A DNA stretch of 64,000 nucleotides from an uncultured Rivularia sp. (GCA_963665115.1 OY762007.1:7712001-7776000); one strand, 5' to 3'. Counted from the stretch's first letter, positions 10,548 to 22,328 are shown. The notes: generated by a model from the letters alone, not told the origin. Translations and numbers: made by a program.

Positions 10548-11433
10548 TTAAGGCTTAGAAGTACGTTGAAACCATTCTTGATATTTCTGCTGCTTTTCCT
10601 CATCTTCTACAAGAATACTGACTCGTACTTTCTTGCATCCGTGATTTTGTTCTAATTGAATAGCGTTAAGAATCAAAGAAGCAATTTTAGGTGAGTCGAA
10701 TTCACCAGTGACGGTTAAACCCCCTTCAAAATCGCTACTAACCATCGATTGATTTTGCTGAAATTCATTTTGTGAAATCTCTTCTTCACCTAAATCAATT
10801 TCTGCAAGCTGCTTGGGTTCAATACCGGGTTTCTTCAATAATTAGTTTTTCACGTCTTACAGGAATTTGTATCATCCGAGTTTCCACTTCTTTACGGATA
10901 ATAACCTCACCGATTTTACGCTTGCTACGTTCGACAACCAAACGTTCCCCTAACAAACGAATTATATCTTCTTCTATTTCCTCTACAAATTCTAATTCTG
11001 ACTGATGGTTATCTTTAGCAATTTCTGAAGTAGCTGAATCTGCTTTATAGTCAATAGGTTGCTCGTAATTTAGATTATCTGTCATATTACTTACTTTATT
11101 TTCCTTTACCTCATATTCAGGTAATTGTGTTAATTGCGATTCATCAATACTTGTGAAAATACGTTGAATCTTTGGTTCAATTTTACTAACTAACTTGCCA
11201 TTCAATAGTAAAAAAGGATTAGTCTCATTGTCTTGAGACAATCTTTGTATCACAAAGTTAAGCTGACGATTAGCGTTAACCATTAAATCTTGAACTCTAC
11301 CTATCAATCTACCTTGTCTGTCAATTACCTCAAAATTAGTGACTTTATGTTTAAGTCTATCAATTAAATTAACTACTCTTCTAGACTTTTGACTAGAATT
11401 ACTATTGCTATTATCAGCTGTTTGATTATTCAT
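10548..11433 (-). CDS. PRC-barrel + DUF2382 (YsnF/AvaK-like) protein; +1 frameshift at about 10827-10829
   Basis: ORFs 10819..11433 and 10548..10838 join as VRREKLIIEE-TGIEPKQLAEIDL when one base is removed. PRC-barrel (VIDRQGRLIGRVQDL) and DUF2382 (IRLLGERLVVERSKRKIGEV) motifs. Confidence 0.8.
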
Positions 11434-12041
11434 ATTAATATTAGCAGTACTTGCTATACGGGCTTTAACAGTCTAGAAAGGGGAGCAGGGAAAAGTTAAG
11501 AAAAGTAATATTAATAAATATTGTTAATGGTGCTTTCATACTTACCTTTGCATAGTAAGCTTTTAAAGAGGTAATTATTATTAAAAGTAATTAAGAAGGC
11601 TTACGCAAGCTCTATTTTTTAGCGGGGATACTTAATTTATTTTCTTGGTTGCCTAAGTTCTAATTTATATGGTTATTTATATTTCATACCCTGTAATATT
11701 TACGCTGTGGTACGGTTCATCTTTTTAAATACAAATTCTCGCCTTGAAATCAAAATCATCGGGCAATAAATTAAATACCTCTAAACACACGAAAATCCTT
11801 GCTCAGTCTGATTTACAAGACTTTGTATATGAGGCTTGTAATTTATTCCAAAGTGGTCTAAGAGACTCGCTGAAAAGACTGCAAGGCATCAATTATATAA
11901 GATATTTAAGACTATTATCTGATTTTTATTAGCATAGCTTGCACTTCAATTTATAAAAAAAGAGCAAAATTAGCTATTAGCTATCAGCCAAGAACTAATA
12001 ACTAATAACTAATAAGCAGTTTGATCGCCAGATATTAACGT

Positions 12042-12914
12042 CTATCGTCTATCTGTAGGCAAATTGCCGCTATCTATATCTAACTCTTCGCGACGAATTG
12101 TTTCTTGAGATTCAACGGTGTCGCGTTCTACTTCTTTCTTAACTTTAACTTCCTCGCGAACGAATGCTTCCTTACGGACATCAGCATTTTCTTCGTAAAC
12201 TTCCACGTGAGCTACTTCACCTTCGTTAAAGGTTGCTTCACCGGGAGCAACTGCTCTACCAGCATCTGTTGGAGTTACTCTTTCTACAACTACACGCTCT
12301 TTTTCAACAGGTACAGAAACTCGCGCAGTCTCAGTCTCAACGTGCTTACCAATTGCTACTTCACCAGCTTTACGACGCTGTTTATTAGCAACTAAACGCT
12401 CTTCGTAGAGTTTGATATTTTGATGATCTGTATCATTAACGTTGTACAGATTGGGTTCGTTGTCGTATTTATAAGTTTCGCGATTGTAGCTAGCCGCGCT
12501 ATATGCTGGTGCATCGAGGGGAGCGGAATCTTCGAGAGCTGCGGATCTCTCTACAGGTTGGGTGCGATATACGCCGCGTACACTTTCTTCATAGTCGTAA
12601 TCTACAACTTGGTTTTCGTCGTATTCGGGCAAGTTTTCAGCTTGCTCTCTAGTCACACCAAGAGCATAAATGCGGCTTGTATTGTAATCAATACGAGTAC
12701 GTCCGACAGGCATTAATACTTTCTTACCAAAAATCCAAAAACCCAAATCAACTATTAAATAGCGAAAACGACCTTCATCGTCAACTAAAATATCGCTCAC
12801 AGTACCAACTTTATCATCGCTACCTTCAGCATAGACAGTCATATCTTTGATGTCTTGACCTTGAAAAACATCACGATAGTTAGGGTCGTAATCTGCAACT
12901 TTATAAAGAGCCAT
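12042..12914 (-). CDS. PRC-barrel + DUF2382 protein (AvaK-like stress/akinete-associated)
   Basis: DKVGTVSDILVDDEGRFRYLIVDLGFWIFGKKVL and IKLYEERLVANK...EAFVREEV...IRREELD. Confidence 0.9.
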   Translation of the reverse strand: MALYKVADYDPNYRDVFQGQDIKDMTVYAEGSDDKVGTVSDILVDDEGRFRYLIVDLGFWIFGKKVLMPVGRTRIDYNTSRIYALGVTREQAENLPEYDENQVVDYDYEESVRGVYRTQPVERSAALEDSAPLDAPAYSAASYNRETYKYDNEPNLYNVNDTDHQNIKLYEERLVANKQRRKAGEVAIGKHVETETARVSVPVEKERVVVERVTPTDAGRAVAPGEATFNEGEVAHVEVYEENADVRKEAFVREEVKVKKEVERDTVESQETIRREELDIDSGNLPTDRR

Positions 12915-13339
12915 ATAATTTCTTATCTCCTATTTCTGTTCTTCGTTATTAACTAGGTTAAAAAAATATTTTCTAACATTCATCTTCCCCCCGACTGACT
13001 TCAAGTTTGTGACGCACAGTCAGAAGTAGTATATTATGTTCTATTAGATCGTAAACGATTGTTTCTAGTCAATTAATACATAAGATATTATAATTTTCGC
13101 TGTTGATAAACTTTATATTTTATATTTCGATAATAATGAGTTAATAATTGCGAAGGAAATATTGAGCCGTCTAAAGTGCTTTATTGCTTCATCACAACGC
13201 ACCATCACGATTCTTTAACAAAAGCATTCTAGAGATAGATGTTGATCTCTTACTTTAGAGAGTTACATTGCAATCTATTAGTTTTTACTTCAATAAATTC
13301 ATATCTAAATATTAACGTTTCTTCTGCATTGTACTTTAT

Positions 13340-13467
13340 CAGGACTTACGCAACGAAGACTTGTCATTGCGACTGGAACGGAGTGTAGGGAAGCAATCTC
13401 CCGAACTTTGCGATTACGTCGCTATCGCTCGTAATGACAGAACTACGTTGCTTTTGCGTAAGTCTTA
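13340..13467. mobile_element. MITE-like element with CAGGACTTACGCA ends enclosing a TGTCATTGCGA...TCGTAATGACA palindrome
   Basis: CAGGACTTACGCA at 13340 and TGCGTAAGTCTTA ending at 13467; TTTAT on both flanks. Confidence 0.7.
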
Positions 13468-13504
13468 TTTATATAAGTAAGTACATCAAAATAAAATATA
13501 CACT

Positions 13505-13539
13505 AAAAAACTCGACTTTTTCAAAAAGCCGAGTTTTTT
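13505..13539. terminator. Probable bidirectional intrinsic terminator downstream of the 13619..14464 gene
   Basis: AAAAAACTCGACTTTT-TC-AAAAAGCCGAGTTTTTT hairpin with A/T tails. Confidence 0.55.
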
Positions 13540-13618
13540 AACACTGACGAATAATTTAAAATATAATATTGCAATATCAATTATTATTCGTTAATCATAA
13601 GTATGTAAAACTTAATTA

Positions 13619-14464
13619 TTAAACAGGCTTGTTCGCACCAGGATTGGTATCATTGACGCGCAAATCGCCTTGAGTATCGATATCTAACTCTTCTCTACGA
13701 ATAGTCTCTTTTGCTTCAACTGTATCTTGTTCTACAACTTTCTTAACTTTAACTTCTTCACGCACGTATGCTTCTTTATTAATTTGAGCCTGTTCTTCGT
13801 AGAGTTCAACTCGTGCAACTTCACCTTCAGCAAAGTTAACCTGACCGGGATCTACTACAGATGCTTCTCCTGTAGGTGTAGTTCTTTCAATTACAACTCG
13901 CTCTTTTTCAACTGGTACTGAAACTCTAGCGGTTTCTGTTTCGATATGTTTACCAACAGATACTTCACCAGTTTTTGTGCGGGTTTTACTAGTAACTAAA
14001 CGCTCTTCGTAAAGTTTAATGTTGGAGTGGTCGCGGTCGTTCAAATCATACAATGAAGCATCGTTTTGATAATTGTAAGTATCTTTGTTATAAGCTACAT
14101 TTTTCGCTTCAGGGGCACGATAAGCACCGCGAACTTTCTCTTCGTAATCGTAATCGACGGTCATACTCTCATCATATTGAGGCAAGTTTTCTACTTGCTC
14201 TTTACTCAATCCATCTACATAAACACGTTTTTGGCTGTAATCAAGACGTGAAAGACCGATTGGTAATAAAACTTTCTTACCTAAAAATATCGGGCCAGTA
14301 TCAATAACTAAATATCTGAAACGACCTTCATGATCTACTAAAGCATCATGAACGGAACCAATTTTGTCTCCTCCCTGAGTATAAAGAGACATTTCCTTAA
14401 TATCTTCACCACCAAAAACTTCTTTATAATTGGGGTCGAAATCTTGCAGTTTATATAATGTCAT
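13619..14464 (-). CDS. PRC-barrel + DUF2382 protein (AvaK-like), paralog of 12042..12914
   Basis: Same motif set (GRFRYLVID, IKLYEERLV, IRREELD). Confidence 0.9.
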   Translation of the reverse strand: MTLYKLQDFDPNYKEVFGGEDIKEMSLYTQGGDKIGSVHDALVDHEGRFRYLVIDTGPIFLGKKVLLPIGLSRLDYSQKRVYVDGLSKEQVENLPQYDESMTVDYDYEEKVRGAYRAPEAKNVAYNKDTYNYQNDASLYDLNDRDHSNIKLYEERLVTSKTRTKTGEVSVGKHIETETARVSVPVEKERVVIERTTPTGEASVVDPGQVNFAEGEVARVELYEEQAQINKEAYVREEVKVKKVVEQDTVEAKETIRREELDIDTQGDLRVNDTNPGANKPV

Positions 14465-14584
14465 AGAAGTTATTTCTAAGAAGGTTTACATCTGAACTTC
14501 AGTGTAAAAAAAAAACTTATACCTTTTCTTCCTGCTTGCGGCTTAATTTTATCTATCTCTCATCAGCCGATAGTTCAATGAGCA

Positions 14585-14787
14585 ATAGGGAATGGGGAAT
14601 AGAGAATTGGTAATTGGTAATTGGGGATTGGTAATTGGTAATTGGGGATTGGGGATTGGGCATCGTTAGGAGTTAGGAGTTAGAAGTTGTGAGTAGAGAG
14701 TTAGTATTTTTTCTCCCCCTCTACCCCCTCTACCCCCTCTACCTATTCCCCATCACCCATCACCCATTCCCCATTCCCTATTACCTA
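14585..14787. repeat. Short tandemly repeated repetitive (STRR) heptamer tracts
   Basis: TTGGTAA, TTGGGGA, GTTAGGA and CCCCTCTA runs. Confidence 0.85.
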
Positions 14788-16302
14788 TTACCTCTTATAA
14801 CGCTTGGTCATTTCTAACAACCGCTGACTCAATTCGGAGGTGAGTTGATCGTCGCTTTCGTAGCGCCAGCGCCAGTTTCCGGCGCTAACACTGGGGTCGT
14901 TCATTCTACCGCTGCTGTCTAAGCCTAATAAGTCTTGAACTGAAAGAATGGCTAAGTCTCCTACTGAAGATAGCGCCAGACGCATAAATTCCCAGTTGAT
15001 TTCTTTGATTTCTTCGGGTGAAGAATATTCTAAGTATCTGGCTACGTGCTGTTTTTCTGCATCTCCTGTTTGATCCCACCATCCAATGGTTGTGTCGTTG
15101 TCGTGAGTACCGGGATATACAACGCAGTTAGAAATGTAGTTATGGGGTAAGTAAGGGTTATCGTCTTCGCCACCGAAGCCGAATTGCAGGATACGCATTC
15201 CGGGAAAATCAAATTTATCTCGCAATTCTTCTACTTCGGGGGTGATGATTCCTAAGTCTTCCGCCATTACGGGTAAACTACCTAAAGCAGAATTCAAAGT
15301 TTCAAAGAATTTGGCATCTGGCCCTTTTACCCATTCGCCGTTGATGGCTGTTTCTTCTCCTGCGGGTACTCGCCAATATGCTTCAAATCCTCGGAAATGG
15401 TCAATCCGAACGATGTCTACATACTGCAATGTTGCCCGAAAACGTTCTATCCACCAAGCATAATCGCTTTGTTCCAATTTATCCCAGTCGTAAACGGGAT
15501 TACCCCAAAGCTGTCCGGTAGCGCTGAAGTAATCTGGTGGAACTCCGGCAATGTATGCGGACTCAAGGGTCTCGGGATTAAGCTGAAATATTTCTGGATT
15601 TGCCCAAACATCGGAACTGTTATGACAAACATAAATTGAAATATCACCAACTATTTTGATGTCCTTATTGTTGGCGTAATCGCGTATCTTTTTCCACTGT
15701 TGGAAGAATTTAAATTGCAAGAATTTATGGTAAGATACCTTGTCTTTTAATTTTTCTTCCTCTGCTTTGAGCGCATCTTTTTCGCGACGAGCTACAGCAC
15801 TATCCCAAAAATTCCAAGCTTTATAATCGTTGGCTTCTAGTAGTGCCATAAACAGTACATAATCATCCAACCAAGAAGCTTGTTCTTTACAAAATTTTTC
15901 AAACTCTGTTAATCGTGTTTCTTCTAAAGATTTTTGGAAGCGTTGATAGGCTTGTTGGAGAATTTTTGTTTTGTGAGGAATGACTGCATCAAAGTCAACT
16001 CTATTAGGACTGGTTTTTACGTTTTGTAGCGGAGTTAATTCTTCTTTTGTCAACAAACCCTCTTCTAACAACTGTTCTAGAGAAATCATTAAGGGATTTC
16101 CAGCGAAGGCGCTAAAATTCATTGTGTAGGGTGAATGTTCGTAACCCGTGGGTCCTAAAGGTAGAATTTGCCACAATTTTTGACCGCTAGAAACAAGGAA
16201 ATCAACGAATTTATAAGCCGATTCACCTAAGTCGCCGATGCCAAATTTACTTGGCAAACTAGTAGGATGGAGCAAAACTCCACTTGCTCTTTCAAAACTC
16301 AT
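14788..16302 (-). CDS. malQ: 4-alpha-glucanotransferase (amylomaltase, GH77)
   Basis: GVLLHPTSLP, GVPPDYFSATGQLWGNP, RIDHFRGF, AEDLG and GTHDNDT motifs. Confidence 0.96.
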   Translation of the reverse strand: MSFERASGVLLHPTSLPSKFGIGDLGESAYKFVDFLVSSGQKLWQILPLGPTGYEHSPYTMNFSAFAGNPLMISLEQLLEEGLLTKEELTPLQNVKTSPNRVDFDAVIPHKTKILQQAYQRFQKSLEETRLTEFEKFCKEQASWLDDYVLFMALLEANDYKAWNFWDSAVARREKDALKAEEEKLKDKVSYHKFLQFKFFQQWKKIRDYANNKDIKIVGDISIYVCHNSSDVWANPEIFQLNPETLESAYIAGVPPDYFSATGQLWGNPVYDWDKLEQSDYAWWIERFRATLQYVDIVRIDHFRGFEAYWRVPAGEETAINGEWVKGPDAKFFETLNSALGSLPVMAEDLGIITPEVEELRDKFDFPGMRILQFGFGGEDDNPYLPHNYISNCVVYPGTHDNDTTIGWWDQTGDAEKQHVARYLEYSSPEEIKEINWEFMRLALSSVGDLAILSVQDLLGLDSSGRMNDPSVSAGNWRWRYESDDQLTSELSQRLLEMTKRYKR

Positions 16303-16412
16303 GTAATGACCCCAATAAACTAAAACAATAACAAACTGTCAAGATTTCACCAGTAGCTTGATTTATATATTAGTAAGATAGCTTATGGGAAATAAGGGCA
16401 GTAAAAAAAATT

Positions 16413-19400
16413 ATGCAAAATCCATTGTTGAAAGACGATCCGCTGTGGTTTAAAGATGCAGTTATCTATGAAGTGCCAGTACGGGCTTTTGCTGATAGCG
16501 ATGGTGATGGTATAGGCGATTTTGGTGGACTAACCAATAAGTTAGATTATCTCCAAGACTTGGGAGTAACGGCTATTTGGGTGCTACCTTTTTTCCCTTC
16601 TCCCTTGCGAGATGATGGCTACGATATCGCTGATTATCATAGCGTTAATCCCATATACGGTAATTTAGAAGATTTTAAGAATTGCTTGAATGCTGCCCAT
16701 CAAAGAGGCATTCGGGTAATCATTGAGTTGATTGTCAATCATACTTCCGACCAGCATCCTTGGTTTCAGCGGGCGCGTAAGGCACCTGTAGGCAGTCCGG
16801 AACGAGACTTTTATGTGTGGAGCGATACTCCAGAAAAGTATCAAGAAGCAAGAATTATCTTTAAGGATTTTGAAACTTCTAACTGGACTTGGGACCCCCG
16901 TTGCAAAAGCTTATTATTGGCATCGCTTTTATTCCCACCAGCCGGATTTGAATTTTGAAAATCCTCAAATGCAGCAAGCACTGTTTGATGTGGTGGATTT
17001 TTGGTTGGAGATGGGTGTTGATGGGTTGCGGTTGGATGCCGTACCGTATCTATACGAGCGTGAAGGAACCAACTGTGAAAACCTTGAGGAAACTCACGTT
17101 TTTCTGAAGAAGGTACGCAGCCACATGGATGAAAAGTTCCCCAATCGGATGATGCTGGCTGAAGCAAACCAGTGGCCCGAAGATGCTGTAGAGTATTACA
17201 GCGGTGGGGATGAATGTCACATGAATTTCCATTTCCCTTTGATGCCGCGTTTATTCATGGGGCTGCAAATGGAAGATAGTTTCCCGATTATCGATATTTT
17301 GCAGCAAACGCCGCCGATTCCGGGAAACTGTCAGTGGGCGTTATTTTTACGCAACCACGATGAATTGACTTTGGAAATGGTCAGCGATGAAGACCGCGAT
17401 TATATGTACCGCGTCTACGCTCAAGAACAGCAGGCAAGATTAAATTTGGGTATTCGCCGTCGTTTAGCTCCTTTGATGGGCAGTAACCGACGACGAATAG
17501 AAGTGATGAATGCTTTGCTGATGTCTTTACCCGGAACCCCAGTGCTTTACTACGGCGATGAAATTGGGATGGGGGACAATATTTATTTGGGAGACAGAAA
17601 CGGGGTAAGAACTCCGATGCAGTGGAGCGCCGATCGCAATGGTGGTTTTAGCCGTTGCAATCCTCACAAGCTTTATGCTCCGGTAATTATCGACCCAGAA
17701 TACCATTTTGAGGCAGTAAACGTTGAAGCCCAGCGAGAAAACCGCAATTCGCTATGGTGGTGGATGAAACGTTTGATCGCAACTCGCAGACGCTTTCAGG
17801 CTTTTGGTAGGGGTACTTTTGAGTTACTTTATCCAGAAAATCGTAAGGTTTTAGCGTTTACTCGTACTTTCAACGGCGAACACATTCTGGTTGTCACCAA
17901 CTTGTCCCGCTTCGTCCAGACAGTAGAGTTGGACTTGACGGCATTTGACGGCATGATTCCGGTGGAAATCTTCGGAAGAACTACATTCCCCGCAATTAAC
18001 GATTCACCTTATTTCATGAGTTTAGCGCCCCATGCGTTTTATTGGTTTACTTTAGACGTTCAAACAAATATTACCTGTCCGGTAAGGCCTCAGAACCAAA
18101 TCCCAACAATAGTAGTCAGCGACAATTGGCGGAATATCTTTACCAAATCTGAAACAAAAGCAGCATTAGAAGAAATGTTGCCAGATTATATGTGTGCCTG
18201 TAGCTGGTTTGACAGTAAAAGTCGGGTAATTCAGTCTTCTCACATAATTGAAGCAATTCCCATCACCTTCCGTTCTTTGGAAGCGGCAATCGTTTTAATA
18301 CAGCTAGATTACACCGAAGGCGACCCCGAAACCTACGTATTACCTTTAGCTTACGAAGCTGACGGTATTAATAACGAGCGCTTTAGCTCCTACCGCGAAG
18401 AAGTTGTAGCCAACATTGAAATACGCAGCAATAAAGAAGTTGGAGTATTATTTGATGCCTTAGCAGACAAAGAATTTCTTAACTTCCCCCTCGAAGCCAT
18501 CGCCAACAAAAATACTTACAAAGGCATGGCAGGCGAATTAGTTGCAGAATCTAGCAAAGATTTTACAGAGTTAGCTGGTGCTGGTTCTAACTTCGGACTC
18601 AAAGCCAATCTTGAAGCGCATCTGTTACGTGGAGAACATAACAACACCTGCGTAATATATGGCGATCGCCTGATGTGCAAACTATTCCGCAAGGTAGTAG
18701 GAGAAGGCATTAACCCCGATTTAGAAGTAGGTCAATTTTTCACCCACAGTTCGGTAACAAAAGGACTACCAAGGGCAGAAAACTTTGCTCCCGTTGCTGG
18801 TAGCTTGAATTACAGTCGTAAAGGCTTTGAGACTATGACCTTGGGAATGGTACAAAAATACATTCCTGATATCAGAGATGGTTGGGACTATAGCCTTGAT
18901 AGCTTACGGGACTTTTTTGAGCAAGTACAGGTAACGCAAATAGACGCTGTTGCCGATATCGATTTACCTACTTCCTTATTATCGGCTGCATTAGAAACTG
19001 AAATCCCTGAAATAGCTCAGGAAATGATTGGCTCCTATTTGCGGAATGCTCAACTATTAGGCGAACGTACCGCCGAAATGCACCTAGCATTAGCATCTGA
19101 CACCGAAGACCCAAACTTTGCCCCAGAAGCATTTACCTCGTTTTACCAGCGCTCGATTTACCAATATATGCGGAATCAAGCCGGACAAGCATTGCTGCTG
19201 TTGAAAAAGCATTTGATACAGCTACCAAACGACCTGCAACCCGTGGCACAGTTAGTATTGAACAATCGAGAAATGATCTTAGCTCGACTAAAATCAATAC
19301 TTAACCAAAAAATTAACGCCATGCGAACCCGCACTCACGGTAACTTGTGCCTCAACGAAGTGCTGTATACGGGCAAAGACTTTATCATCATTGACTTTGA

Positions 19401-19791
19401 AGGCGACCAAACCCGCCCATTGAGCGAACGACGCATGAAGCGATCGCCCTTGCGAGATGTTGCCGGAATGCTAGAATCCTTCTACTACTCCAGCCGCATC
19501 GGTTTACGTAATGAAAAAGAAAGCGGAATTATTCTTCCAGACGACCAGCCATTAATGGAACAATGGGCGCAATTTTTCTACACTTGGTCAAGTGTAGCTT
19601 TCTTGAAATCCTACTTAAGTACAGCGAAAAGCGCATCCTTCATACCATCCGAACCATCAGAACTACAACTACTTTTAGATGGATTCATATTAGAAAAAGC
19701 CATCATCGAACTGGAACACGAACTGAAAAACCGTCCTAACTGGATAGAAGTGCCAATGTATCGGATTTTAGAACTTCTGGAAACGGCTTAG
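16413..19791 (+). CDS. treS: Trehalose synthase TreS fused to a maltokinase (Pep2/Mak)-like domain; +1 frameshift in the C5 run at 16895-16899
   Basis: [41 protein letters not shown] and [13 protein letters not shown]. The two ORFs join as [17 protein letters not shown]-terminal kinase-like domain with IIDFEG...[12 protein letters not shown]. Confidence 0.92.
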
Positions 19792-20030
19792 GAGTAGGGA
19801 GTAGGGAGTAGAAAGTAGGGAGTAGAAAGTAGAAAGTAGGGAGTAGGGAGTAGGGAGTGGGGAGTAGGGAGTAGAAAGTAGGGAGTAGAAAGTAGGGAGT
19901 AGAAAGTAGGGAGTAGAAAGTAGGGAGTAGAAAGTAGGGAGTTTTTAATTACTCTATGCCCAATCCCCAATCCCCAATCCCCAATCCCCAATCCCCAATC
20001 CCCAGTCCCCAATCCCCATCTCCCATCTCT
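19792..20030. repeat. STRR tracts (AGTAGGG/AGTAGAA)n and (CCCCAAT)n
   Basis: About 20 heptamer units followed by about 8 CCCCAAT units. Confidence 0.9.
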
Positions 20031-20174
20031 CTATAGATGTAAAACACAATTACTACTCCAAACTGACTTAAAATAATCTGAGAAGATTTAATATTTTATT
20101 TAATATTTGATATTTAGTATTTAATGTTTACCAGTATTGCAGGATTATTCGTTTCGATTAGGAGCATTTAGGGT

Positions 20175-22328
20175 ATGTACCTCTCACTATGGCCCGGTAA
20201 ACCTTATCCTTTGGGTGCTAACTGGGATGGCAAGGGTACTAATTTCGCATTATTCTCAGAAAACGCTACGGCGGTAGAGTTATGCTTATTCGACAAAGAA
20301 GGGCGAGAAACTCGATTAGCTTTACGAGAAGTTAGTAACTTTACGTGGCACGCTTACGTTCCTTCGATTGGTCCGGGGCAGCGTTATGGGTTTAGAGTAC
20401 ACGGTGCGTTTGCTCCCCAGGAAGGGCACAGGTTTAACCCGAATAAATTACTAATCGATCCCTACGCTTATGCGATTGATGGGGAAATCGGTTTCGGTGA
20501 AGAAATTTTTGGTTATCGTTGGGACGATCCAAAAGATGATTTGGGATTTTCAGAATTGAATGATGCTCATTTAATTCCTAAGTCGGTGGTTGTAGATAAA
20601 AGTTTTGATTGGGAAGGAGATGAACTTTTACAAACTCCTTGGCACGAAACCATAATTTACGAAACTCATGTCAAAGGTTTTACTAAATTACATGAAGAAA
20701 TCCCTCCAAGATTAAGGGGGACTTATGCCGGATTAGCCCACCCTGCCGCGATTTCTCATCTCCAGTCCTTGGGTATAACGGCTGTGGAATTGATGCCGAT
20801 ACATCACTTCTTATCGCAACCGGGACACTTAGTTGGTAGTGGTTTGAAGAACTATTGGGGCTATGATTCAATTTCTTATCTGGCTCCTTATTCCGGTTAT
20901 AGCGCTAGCGGTAGTTTGGGACAGCAGCTTAAAGAGTTTAAGCATATGGTCAAGCGGCTGCATCAAGCGGGGATAGAAGTCATTCTTGATGTGGTTTACA
21001 ACCATACAGGTGAAGGCAATCACATGGGGCCGACAATATCATTACGCGGTATTGATAATGCTTCCTACTATCGTTTGGTAGACGGCGATTTGCGCTACTA
21101 CATGGACTTTACTGGTTGCGGTAATTCCCTCAACGTGCGCCATCCCCAAGTACTCAAGCTGATTATGGATAGTTTGCGGTATTGGGTGTTGGAATGCCAT
21201 GTAGATGGTTTCCGTTTTGACTTAGCTTCTGCTTTGGCTAGGGAATTATATGCAGTAGATAAGCTAGCGGCATTCTTTGATATTATCCACCAAGACCCGG
21301 TTTTAGCGGATGTAAAATTAATCGCGGAGCCTTGGGATGTAGGTGAAGGAGGATACCAAGTAGGTGAATTTCCTTTGTTATGGTCGGAATGGAACGGAAA
21401 ATACCGAGATACGGCACGAGACTTCTGGCGCGGAGAGGATAGTAGTTTAGCAGAATTTGCCTATCGATTTACGGGTAGCTCCGATCTGTACGAGCTTAAC
21501 GGACGCAGCCCCAGCGCTAGTATTAACTTTATTACCGCTCATGATGGTTTTACGTTGAATGACTTAGTTAGCTACAACGAAAAGCATAACGAAGCCAACA
21601 ATGAAGATAACCGCGATGGAGAAAGTCACAACCGTTCTTGGAATTGCGGTGCAGAAGGTGAAACAGATGATTTCGCAATCGAGAAACTTCGTAAAAAGCA
21701 GCGACGAAACTTTTTAGTGACGTTAATACTTTCCCAAGGAATACCCATGATAGTTATGGGAGACGAAATGGGAAGAACTCAAGGAGGAAACAACAATCCT
21801 TACTGTCAAGATAACGAAATTTCCTGGTTAGATTGGGATTTACAAGAAGAAAACGAGAATTTACTCGACTTTACCCGTCAATTAATCGACTTTCGTCGGC
21901 GACATCCAGTATTTAGAAGGCGTAAGTGGTTCCAAGGAAGAGCAATTCGCGGTGTTGAAGTAACCGATATTTCTTGGTTTAACCCCGATGGCACTAAAAT
22001 GACCGAAGAACAATGGAATAGCGGTTTTGCTAAAGCCATTGGAATTTTCCTCAACGGTGAAGGAATAGCCTCACCAGGACCTAGAGGGGAACGCATCATT
22101 GATGAAAACTTCTTTATTTTATTTAACGCCCATTACGAAGTGTTGGAATTTATCATTCCTCCAGAAATACAGGAATGGGAGTGGGTAACTATTGTTGACA
22201 CCACCAAGCCCAGATTTGTTCAGCGCGGTAAACGCTACATCGAAGATAAACCGATCAACGTAGAACCGCGTTCTATACTCATACTTCAGAGGCTTGGACA
22301 AATAAGCCAAGAATATGATGATGAATAA
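20175..22328 (+). CDS. glgX: Glycogen debranching enzyme (isoamylase, GlgX/TreX)
   Basis: PGKPYPLGANWDG, NYWGY, DVVYNHTGEG, DGFRFDLA and INFITAHDGFTL motifs. Confidence 0.96.
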   Translation: MYLSLWPGKPYPLGANWDGKGTNFALFSENATAVELCLFDKEGRETRLALREVSNFTWHAYVPSIGPGQRYGFRVHGAFAPQEGHRFNPNKLLIDPYAYAIDGEIGFGEEIFGYRWDDPKDDLGFSELNDAHLIPKSVVVDKSFDWEGDELLQTPWHETIIYETHVKGFTKLHEEIPPRLRGTYAGLAHPAAISHLQSLGITAVELMPIHHFLSQPGHLVGSGLKNYWGYDSISYLAPYSGYSASGSLGQQLKEFKHMVKRLHQAGIEVILDVVYNHTGEGNHMGPTISLRGIDNASYYRLVDGDLRYYMDFTGCGNSLNVRHPQVLKLIMDSLRYWVLECHVDGFRFDLASALARELYAVDKLAAFFDIIHQDPVLADVKLIAEPWDVGEGGYQVGEFPLLWSEWNGKYRDTARDFWRGEDSSLAEFAYRFTGSSDLYELNGRSPSASINFITAHDGFTLNDLVSYNEKHNEANNEDNRDGESHNRSWNCGAEGETDDFAIEKLRKKQRRNFLVTLILSQGIPMIVMGDEMGRTQGGNNNPYCQDNEISWLDWDLQEENENLLDFTRQLIDFRRRHPVFRRRKWFQGRAIRGVEVTDISWFNPDGTKMTEEQWNSGFAKAIGIFLNGEGIASPGPRGERIIDENFFILFNAHYEVLEFIIPPEIQEWEWVTIVDTTKPRFVQRGKRYIEDKPINVEPRSILILQRLGQISQEYDDE

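Noticed and set aside
16891..16900. Programmed ribosomal frameshifting or phase variation in treS and the other split genes
   Set aside because: The runs are only 2-5 nt with no slippery heptamer or stimulator, and the same +1 defect affects eight unrelated genes; assembly error is the simpler explanation.
19788..20012. 74-aa ORF with repetitive peptide
   Set aside because: Translation of heptamer STRR tracts; the same applies to 63651..63833, 22119..22379 and 57498..57818.
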